Source: Eledone cirrhosa (lineage: Eukaryota). Taken from it: a stretch of DNA of 64,000 nt. Position numbers and translations under genes: made by a program. Shown here in pieces: positions 53,798 through 64,000 of the stretch (position 1 is the stretch's first letter; the number at the start of each line of letters is the position of its first letter). The stretch covers positions 2,666,001 to 2,730,000 of the forward strand of contig OZ024757.1 in the NCBI GenBank assembly GCA_964016885.1, written 5' to 3'. The notes beneath the pieces were generated by a model, which saw nothing but the letters and a program-made list of their open reading frames with translations, searched no databases and was not told the DNA's origin.

Positions 53798-54633
53798 AGT
53801 CAGTTCTTAGATATGCCAGCTCTGTGTTTATAGTGTTGATGGTATCAGAGCCTTGGGACATATGAGCTTGTTAGGAATGATTTAATGTTGTCAGCAGGAA
53901 TAGTCTTAATTCTCATTGGTCAGTTTGTAGGTGCTAGTAGGGTTGGTATTTGATCTCAAAGAGGCAGTGGTGTTGTAAAGTTCAAACCGTCAGGCAAGAT
54001 GACAATAGTTCCATAAGACTGATTTTCACAAAAAAGCATTCCTGGTCAGATATATATTCAATTGAGGTTAATAGTATGAAATAGATACTACAGGTCATTC
54101 TTAAATTGAGGAATTTATGTGGAGTGGTGCTACTGAAAATTATGGTTAGAGTAGAAAATTTACAAATAAAAAGACTTATGTAGGTTGGCTTGCACATACA
54201 CTCACACCCACCTCCACAGACACACACACACATCCACACATACAAAATGTGGGGTGGTAATACTTAAAATAATGGTTAGAGTCAAATACTTAGATAGTTT
54301 AGAAAATTTAGAAATAAAAAGACTTATGTTGGTTGACTTGTACATGCACTCACACCTACCCCCTCAGCCACACACATCTACAGACACAAATCCATACAGG
54401 TGTGTATATATATATATATGTACGCACAAGTGCATATATATATATACAACAGAGGCCCACAAATCCAAGTATAAGGCAGACATAAAACTAGGTGGGTGTT
54501 ATTTTTAAAGAAAAGTAAAGTGGGTGTTTAGAAAAGTTATTGTTGAGACTAGACAAAGGTAGAGTGTGATATATATCTTCACAGCAATAGCTTGGGGGCT
54601 CTGGAGCTTAGGCGAATCCCTTAGTACAGACAC

Positions 54634-54667
<34 letters not shown>

Positions 54668-54688
54668 ACACACACACCCACCCACACC

Positions 54689-54751
<63 letters not shown>

Positions 54752-54816
54752 TCTATTAAACATCGATGTGGGACTGCTATTTCTAATAAACATCCTTTCA
54801 CCTCTTAATAATTTGT

Positions 54817-55172
54817 GTGTGAGTCACGTTGGCTGAGAGATTTAACGTGTGAGTCACGTTGGCTGAGAGATTTAACGTGTGAGTCACGTTGGCTGAGAGC
54901 TTTAACGTGTGAGTCACGTTGGCTGAGAGCTTTAACGTGTGAGTCACGTTGCCTGAGAGATTTAACGTGTGAGTCATGTTGGCTGAGAGCTTTAACGTGT
55001 GAGTCACGTTGGCTGAGATTTAACGTGTGAGTCACGTTGGCTGAGAGATTTAACGCGTGAGTCACGTTGGCTGAGATTTAACGTGTGAGTCACGTTGGCT
55101 GAGAGATTTAACGTGTGAGTCACGTTGGCTGAGAGATTTAACGTGTGAGTCACGTTGGCTGAGAGCTTTAAC
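54817..55172. repeat. 30-bp minisatellite (tgtgagtcacgttggctgagagatttaacg), ~12 copies
   Basis: Direct periodicity. Confidence 0.9.
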
Positions 55173-55347
55173 GGGAACGAAAAGATTGGTCTTCTATTCT
55201 CCCGCAACAAAGTAAAGTTTGTAATCGGGGGACAGAGTTGTATCGGGTGCCAGTTGCTAATCACTTTACCGTGTTGGTTGTCACAAACAGTCATGACCGG
55301 CATGGGCTGGGGTTTGGATTCTGTTGTTAGTTATTGATTAGGCGATA

Positions 55348-55458
55348 CCCGCTGATGAAGCCGGATAAGACGATTATGCATTGTTGCATAATATATGCAG
55401 ACGGAAAGTGCAGTGCACCTTACTGCTGCATTAATTGTGGCCGAAACTCGAGTCCGGG
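55348..55458 (+). ncRNA. Type I hammerhead with canonical GUC site and branched ~85-nt stem II
   Basis: CCCG-CTGATGA(55352)-aGCC...GGCc-GAAAC TCGA GTC(55452-55454)-CGGG. Confidence 0.75.
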
Positions 55459-55790
55459 AACCTTATAGGCACCCGTTTTACGTGTGTTGTGTTGAAGCGA
55501 ATAACTATGTGTATACTCTGGAAATGTATCTATTTCTATTAGCTATACCAACAGTTATAGTGGCTCACATGACATACATAGATACATACACACACATGTA
55601 TGTGTGTGTGTAAGACAGTTATTTGTGATTTGAAATGGATTTTGCTAATATTTCTAGTAAATCGAGTTATCACATAGAGTCATTCCTTTTTGCTTCATAC
55701 ATATATTCATACCTGAGAAAGTAAGGTGGGATTTGAAGGAAATGTGGCTGTTATTTCTACCCAACAAAGTCCTCACTTATACTACTTTAT

Positions 55791-58700
55791 ATAGCAGAGG
55801 TACCCGGAAATGCCTGCATATTCTTCCAAAGTAATACCATGCAATAAATTTGCGGCTTCAGCATTCCTTGTAAACTACATGACTAAGGAATTAGGATCTG
55901 TGTGCATTGTCATTGAATGAGGAATTACGACATTGCTCATTCCAAAGCCTCTGGATAAACAACATTCTTGGTTTTGCCCTGTGGTGCCACAATGAAGAGA
56001 CAATCAAGGTTCCCAACCCTTGTTGTGCCAACAGAGAGTTGACCATGCGAAAAGACAGGATCTGCCAGATTCAACCCAACGACTTTCAATGATTGCCCTT
56101 GAGATTTATTAATGGTCATGGCAAAACTGTGCCTGATCGGAAATTGAAGTCTTTGAAATTAAAATGGCAAATCAGTTGGCTTCAGAAGTATTCTGGGAAT
56201 GAAACAATTGTCACCATCAAATTTTCCTGACATGATTGCAACTTCTAGATCATTGGACACCATATTTTTGATGATGTGTCTTGTGCCATTTACAAAGTTT
56301 TGGAGGATCCAGATTGCGAAGTAGCATAACTGATGCTCCAAGCTTCAGTATCAGGTTGTGTGTGGAGGAATTCCCGCTTGTTCAAGACTGTTCAAAAATT
56401 CAATTGGATAGTTTACAACCTGGTCTTGAGAAGTGATTGTGTCAACTGATTTATAGCATATTTTCTCTCCTGGTAACATCTCCAGCAGTCTTCTGTTGAT
56501 TTCTTTCACAGCAACATTTTTAGGTGCTAGATTTCTCGTTCACAGAGCCATTTAGGATCACATTGCCTGGTCTGAATGTTTGGAAACACTCTGGCAATCA
56601 GTTCTTGTTCTGTGTCAAGGATATGGCCAAAGGACAACTGAATATGGTAATTGGAGTCCTTTTCAAGAAGTCCATTTCCCAATTTAAGTAGTTGGATGGC
56701 AAACTCACTGACACCTTCGTCACCAGCCAGTTAAGTGCACTCGCATGTTGGTTGTAAGGCTCAGCAGCTGAAAGCGGGGCCAGAGATAGGATGTTTTCAG
56801 ACAGGCATTGATCTGATCAGCTCGAGTCCCTCGAAGAATTACAGGCAGAGTTTGTCTGAAATCACCAGCAAGAACCATTGTCACTCCTCCCATTATGCAA
56901 CTATTTTCTCTCAGATCCCTTATCGTCCGGTCCAAAGCTTCAATTGCTCCTTTATGGCTCATAGTAACTTCATCCCAAATTATCATCTTGCATGTTTGCA
57001 GAAGCTTGTCCTTGGGTGAGTTCTTCTTGAAAAAAGATTGTTCATGCCGTGTGATATCTATGGGCAGCTGAAACATGGAGTGTGCAGTTCTTCCCCATCC
57101 AGAAGTGTTGCTGCAATGCCACTTGAAGCCACAGCAAGGGCAATATGTTGCTTTTTGCGAACTTTTGCAAGCAGAAGGTTTATGAGGAATGTCTTGCCTG
57201 TGCCAGCAGGAGCATCGATGAAAAAAAGTCCTCCCCTGTCATTTTGAATGTTTTCGATGATGTTGTGGTAGGCGTATTTCTGGTCATCCATCAATCGAGG
57301 TTCATTTTCATCCACAAACTTACGCAATGCTTGAATATCGTAGTTTGTCTCCTGAAAAATGTCTTGTGCTACCTCCATTTCTTCATCTGGCTCTGGCATC
57401 CCACAGTTAGCTAATGTGCTATTCATTGCCTGAACTCGATGGGACAGGTTACAGAGAGCTTGATTGTAAATCCTGGGGGTATATTCCATATACATATTGC
57501 CATGATGTCTTCGGGCTAGGTGTAGATTGTCGTCCGACATATTGTTTTTGCACTCCTGCCAGAGTAGATGAGCTTCATCAATTCCACATGCTGTGAGCAT
57601 AATAGCAAATAATGACTGGCTACCTGAGTGATTGATGCTTCTTCTAGGAACTTCTTCCAATGTCCATTGTCATGCAGGAGTCCGTGCTGTTTACATGCTT
57701 CTTGGTATGTTGCGCACTCCCTTCCGCTGAAGCACCTAAGATTCTCAAATGACGTTGGTCCTCGAACAGTATGCAGAAGTAGCCGTAAATAAAAACATTC
57801 TCTGTTGTTGGGATGGACATTGTAAACAGGCCCAATAGCATCACTTGACTTGACTTCATGACCTTCCACTAAATGACCTTGCTTTCTTCGATTCCAGGTC
57901 TTGCAATTGGTCCAGGTGTAGTATATTGGGACTTCAGCATATAGGAGGGATCGAGCAAATTCATCATTCTGGCAGAGTTTAAAGAAAGCAGTTAGTGTAG
58001 TGTCATGTGATGCTTGTGCTAACTGATGAGCAGTGATCTCAGTGAAGTACACTCTCTGTCCCTTTTCCAGATGGACTGCGAGGTTGACCACTGTTGGGTG
58101 GCGTTGGTGGATATCAAATCCAAAGATTCGCCAGATAGCTTCATTACTGGAGATGTATCAACCTGTTTGATATCGTTTGACCTCATCCAGCCCACAATCA
58201 TTGAGTTCTTTGTCAGTAATAAAGGTAGCCATATCACTGCCCTTGTTGATATATTTTGTGAAATATAGGATTGCCTTGACAGAGCTGTAATACTCAACAT
58301 TGATATGAGCTTTTAAAAGTTTACACAATAATTTGTTGTGTGGGATGACCCACTGATTGTTTATGGTCAGCTCCTCTCCTCGAACTGTTAGGCTTGTAGT
58401 ATTGCCTCCATGTTCTGGTCTACACCTACGATAAAGGGGTTATCCATTATTGTCAGTCCGAGTTTCCTGAATAAAAGCTCTAGGAAAATGTTTGCTGCAT
58501 TTTTTATCTTTCATGCAGGGAGAGGCTGGAGTGATGACTCCACATGAATGAGTTTGGACTTGATGATTTCAAAGAGCTCTGGATCACCACCTTTATCAGG
58601 CAACTCTGCTGAAATGATCTTATTAACATCATCTGGTCTTATCTTCTCCTTGCACCAGATTAGTGTGTGAGAGTGAGGAAGACCTCTCTTCTGGCACTCA

Positions 58701-60307
58701 ATAGTGGTCATCCAAAGCTCGCAAAAGATTCTTCCTTCTTTTAGGAGCCAGATGAGTTTTTTTTGAGGTCATGTCGATCCTTTGTTTTTTGATTTTGAAA
58801 TAATTCACTTGATATTTCTGACCAGTTTTAATTGCATATAAATGTAATGAATAGATCTGGCCGACCAAATTTTCTGACATAGGCCATTGCATCTTATGTA
58901 CGTTCATGCATGTAACGTGGTCCTCACGTGAAGCTTGATGGTAGTATGACTGGCTGGCCAATATTTCTTGGGTCAACATCAGAATTGATGGCATCTCTAA
59001 GGTGGATGTAGTTATCTGCCCTCAACTTAGTTTGATTCCTTCACAGAAAACCCAATCTTTCTGTTTCAATTTTGGCATACATGTCCACCATGAAGTGGCT
59101 GGTTACTTCTTTGAATAGCAGAACTTGGTTGTAATGATCACGTACCATGAAATGATAAGTATAGAATTCTTTGCAGCTGATTGATTGGCCTGTTTCTTGT
59201 CCCGTTCTGGGCTGATCTGCCGCAGCTGAAAATGATATCCATCTTGACCATTCCAAAAGTTGAACGGATATTGGAGTGAATCATAGGCTCTATGAGTTTC
59301 ACAAATTCGCTCCAAATGTCCACTTGTTTTTGCAAAACAATGTCACGTCGTTCATGCTGTAAATCAACCATTATGATTGCAACTTCATCAGTGACAAGTG
59401 CATTGAATCTGCGTTCATGTTCTGAAGCTGGGCGTTTGTCTGCCCTAGTGATGATTTTACGATCTCTGGTGTTGTTCATATGCTCCAGTGCATATTTAAG
59501 TATACTGACGTGCATGTGATGTTGGTGAAACATTTCTTATGACTATGTAGAACTGCAGTCCACCATGGACATTGGTACATCTTTGTTGTTCTTGTGTTTC
59601 ATTTCCACCCATGAAGTAAACCTGCACACATTTGTGAGGCTCCTGTGAAAGTGGCAGAAGGCCACCCATTAAGTGGTAATACTGTCCCTGAATTTTATAA
59701 GTTGTACAGAATCTAAAGTCAGTCACATTCCTGTCAGCCCCAAAAGATGTCATTTGAAAAGCAGAATTATATTTTATGATGTATTTATTGAAGTGTAGTG
59801 CTTCTGGTGTATGCTGAAGGAGCAGATTCTTCAGAAATTCAGGAGGTTCTTGTATTGTTTTAAGGCTCACTTTGCCTTTTGAGTAGCATAGACTTGATGT
59901 TTCTGCTGCCCACTTCTTGGCCCCACAATATGGGCAGCATTTGTTCATTTTCCCAATGTTGATTTGTGGATTACTGCTGTAGTGATTTTGGGGGTCATAA
60001 GAAAAAGCACCCATCAGCCAGTTCATTTTACTTGTGGCTTGTTCTCCTGCTCGGGCAGTAGAACGACGTGCTTGATTAGCATTTCGTCTGATTTGCTGCT
60101 GTTCCTTAATTTGTTGTTCTCGTGTATCAGCGCAGTCCTTTGTTCCCTTTCATCCAAATGGTGTGCTCATGCTAAAGCTGTTTGGGCTCTGTTAGCAGCT
60201 AGACGGGCATGCTGAACTTCTCAACTTTCTTCAGATCGCTGTGTTTTCTTTCTCTTAACCTCTGAAGATGACCTTCCATATAATGATCTGGAACGTTTTC
60301 TAGGCAT
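55791..60307 (-). mobile_element. Decayed autonomous Helitron (Rep HUH plus PIF1 helicase)
   Basis: Motifs: CPYCGAKKW, YNSAFQMTSFG, ECQKRGLPHSH (HUH), FYLRLLL..VRGPTSF, FFIDAPAGTGKTF, IIWDEVTM, LAGDFRQTLPV, MTINKSQGQSL, FSHGQL. Many frameshifts. A degenerate 3' hairpin and CTA end lie near 55791. Confidence 0.9.
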
Positions 60308-62281
60308 TTGAAGTGATATTATTACACACCACACGATAAAATAAAGTACCAGTAATGCACTGGAATAATTGCTGGCCTTGTGCCAAAAGTAGAAACAATT
60401 ATTACACACCACACTCTTTCCGAAATAGAAACTATAGAATGTATTGTTCACTCAGTAAAGTTGTTTTAAATGATCTCTTTATATGAATGTATATTAGGTG
60501 TAATTAATTTTAGACATATGTAGAAAATATTGGGATTTCAGATTGTATTCTGAAATTATCATTTTTTATCCAACCACGACAAACACTACAAAAAAAATAT
60601 GTTAATTCAAATAACAGAGAAAAATAATATATTCAAATAATATCTTTTAAAAATACCGTTTTCTTTTTGTCTGTTAAATACGTACATATATACAACTTCT
60701 ATAAAAGCATCTGTGATTTCTTTAGACATATGTAGAAAATAAGCTTTGATGATAACATATATCGTCTGCTAAAGAACGCCCCCCCCCCCCCATAACATAA
60801 AACACACATCTGTGTGTAAATATCTAAACTATAATAAAGGAAGGTCTGCAGGATTGGGTACGGTTTATTTTTTTTTTATCCCGTTTGTAAAATAAGTTGG
60901 ATTACTTTGAATAAATAATGAATGAATATTACATAATTTATCTACTAAATTTCGTGGCTGTTCATTAAATATATATTGTTTATTTGAAGATTCACTTCTT
61001 TAAAATTACTGAAATGTCAACACTTCCGGTGGCAGATCGCTTAAATAAACATACTAATTTTCCGTCACTAATTTTTTCCTAATGCAGTTTATATATAATA
61101 TCGTCTTTTTTAATGTATCATGAATTACGTTAATGATTACATAAGACAGTGTAACGCAGTCTTCGTTCAATTTCTATGTATTATATATTGTCAATTACGA
61201 TTTTATTTGTTGTATCATATCTACATGTATATATACCTGTATATATACCTGCGTATAATATCAATATACACACTACACATGCTAGCAGAAAACCACTCGA
61301 GGGTGGTTTTTCTGCTAGTATATATAAACGCGGACACACGTTAGGTAAATAATCCCTCCAATCACCCCCCCTCTCTCCTGCCTCTGTACTTTTTTTCTCT
61401 CTCCCATCTTTTCTCTTTTCTTATTGCCTTTCTCTCCCCATCCACCCCACTCCCTTTCTCTTTCTCCCCTCTTTCTTTCTCTCTCTCATCCTCTACAGAA
61501 TAGCAAACAAAAAATAAATAAAAGATAAATAACATTGGGAGAGTTAAGAAGTGTGTAAAAATAATAAATAAATAATAAATAAATAAAAGTTAATGAGCGC
61601 TGGCTCTCTCTCTCTCCCATCCCATTACTCTCTCTCTTTTTTTTTCTCTCTCACATCCCCCGCTCTGTACAGAATAGAGAACAAAAAATAAAGAAAAGAT
61701 ACATAACGTTAAGGAAGCGGGAGAGTTATAAAGTGTGTAAAAGTAATAAATAAATAAAAGTTAACAACGCTGGCTGCGTTCCCTCTCTCTCTTTCATTGT
61801 CTCTCTCTCTCATCCCCTTACTCCCTTTCTTTCTCTCTCACATCCCCTCACTCTCTCTCTCCCACTCTCTCTCTCTTTCTCTCTCCCATCCCCCACTCTC
61901 TTATCTACAGACTGGACAACATAAAAAAACAATATATATATGTTTTTACTATCAAATCTCTTTCCTTTTCTCTCTCTCTTCTAGTTAGCTCTCTCGCTCT
62001 CTCATTTGATCCCTCTATAATACGGAGGTACACATATTTTATTATTTCAATTTTTAAAAGTTATGTAGTTTTATGTTTATATTTATTACTTGCCTTTATA
62101 TAAAATTATTATATTTATTATTATATATTTTTATTCACATTTTCATACGTACCCTCTTTATTATATGTAGTTTTTCATATTTCAACTTATGTTATATAAA
62201 TATTGAGTGTTGTCATAACTAATCACTGCCAAGACTGGATTTGAACCATCAGCACAATCGAGGTATGTCAGACATCAATTT

Positions 62282-62345
62282 ATTTTATCTGATGAGGACG
62301 TACTGATGAAATAGTTCAGTACCTCTGAAATATGTATAATAAAAT
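62282..62345 (+). ncRNA. Type I hammerhead (family B-like stem I)
   Basis: ATTTTAT-CTGATGA(62289)-ggacGTACTGA...TCAGTACctct-GAA AT atgt AT A-ATAAAAT. Confidence 0.75.
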
Positions 62346-62374
62346 ATATTTGATCACATGAATGTCTATATTTA

Positions 62375-62419
<45 letters not shown>

Positions 62420-62455
62420 GCAAGTTTACGATTCTGTGTGTCCGCCTAAAACTAG

Positions 62456-62679
62456 CATTCCATATGCTCAGATGATTCCAGACTTCCATCTGGAGGAAAC
62501 AATTGTCAGCATATAAATGTTCTAAACTAAAATTTCATCGTTTTAACACTTTGCATATATATATATATATATATATATATACAAAGTGTTACAACGATCA
62601 AGTTTTAGTTTAGAACGTTTATATGCTGACAATTGTTTCTTCCAGATGGGCGTCTGGCATCATCGGAGCATATGGAATG
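62456..62679. mobile_element. Convergent pair of HHR-like motifs around a central (TA)n
   Basis: Plus strand: ATATGCT-CAGATGA-ttccagacttccatctggag-GAAAC AATT GTC-AGCATAT. The minus arm is the same with a CCGATGA core. Arms are ~100 bp. Confidence 0.75.
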
Positions 62680-64000
62680 TCGAAACATGTGACTAAAATC
62701 CTAGTCATACAGAACATTTAGGGTACATAATTGTTTTTAGTGTCAAAGGCATCATGTGGAGAGTCAGGAGTTAAAAAGATGTTATACTCGAGAGAACACA
62801 ATTATAGGCAACACTGGTTGAAAGTGTAAGAGGTATAAGTAAAAGGTACAGGCAAAAAAGTTACAAGCAAGGAAAAGTGGTGTACAATTCAGGAGTCAAT
62901 ACAGTCAATAAGGCATGTATGAGGAAAGAGTTATAATGCAGTTGAAATAAACATATTTTGTGTGGGGTGTTAGAGCATGTTATAATTGTTATAAACATTT
63001 AAGATAGTGTGCAATTTGTTAGAGAGGCGTGTGGTGATAATGTAGGTATTTGTTGTGTGAGGTATAATGCAAAGCACGTGATAGAGTTGGATAGGTGATT
63101 TTCATTCAAGTGTCTTTGTATTGTAGTTCGTATGTATGTGTATATGTTGTTTGTTACTCACAGCTATTAACCATGGGATTAATTTGAGTCGTTTATAGTC
63201 AATAGGAGTTTGTTTGTTAAATTTAAATTCCACTGAATTACTGGCCATGTTGTTATTGTAGGTATATTATCTTATGCATTTTTTATCTACAAATTATCTT
63301 TTCAAGGGTTTGTATTAATCGTTATTAAGCTGTTGGTAAACCGTTAGGTTGCTTCATTTTATAAGTTTACACAGGAAGTTGTAAAGGGGGTTAATAACAA
63401 AGGGAGGTAATTAAGGTTGTTGATAAATGAAGGGTTTTATTATTGTAGTAGTGTTATCAATTAATCTTTATAGAGTATATAAAATATTATTGATTATATA
63501 ATTATCTTTTAAACTTGTGTGGAGGGAGTTAGACACGTTTTAAAAATTAGTTGAGATTTTTTATGACAGGATAGTGAGTTGCATACTATATACTGGAATA
63601 ATTGGTGTTATGTACACAGGTGTCTGCTATTTAGTTGGTGTTGTATATTGAGAGTATGTTAGAGTGTCTATATTATTTAATTATTTTAATTGTATAAGGT
63701 AAGAGATCAAACAAGGGGTTTATTGACAGTATATAGGTTAGTGTGGTCTTTTAATTAAGGTGTAGTCCTATATTTATGAAGATCTAATTGGATAAATTAA
63801 AAGGTGGTGGTTTAGTGCTATCTCCGACATTGGTTTTTATTTTTATTATTATTATTATTAGTTACTAGGTTTGAAGTAGTGGAAAGAGAATCTATGGTAA
63901 TGTGGACACGTGGAGAAGATCTCTGATTTCCTATTTAGCAGGCTAAGATTAGAGTGAATAATATTTCTAGACTCGAGGATGCAAAGGTTACACCATTTGT

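Overview
Repeat-rich, AT-rich animal genomic DNA. The (TA)n/(CA)n microsatellites and the SINE/LINE repertoire suggest a cephalopod such as Octopus (inference). There is one clear host gene: an intronless 1846-aa TRIM/RBCC protein (31381-36921,+) whose long disordered region carries many TQT-like motifs, probably binding dynein light chain LC8. The rest is mobile DNA and tandem repeats: a frameshifted R4/Dong-like LINE, a decayed Penelope-like element (PLE), a decayed Rep/Helicase Helitron, RTE fragments, tRNA-derived SINEs and minisatellites. The main signal outside the ORF track is about 20 short non-coding islands between (TA)n tracts carrying type I hammerhead ribozyme (HHR) cores (stem I-CUGANGA-stem II-GAAA-short, often palindromic stem III-NUH-stem I'). 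They are usually followed by AATAAA and often by a shared ACTC...GAGT(G/A)C tail hairpin, and many are built as long fold-back inverted repeats. They look like a diverse set of non-autonomous PLE/retrozyme-like retroelements. All folding was done by eye; no searches were run.
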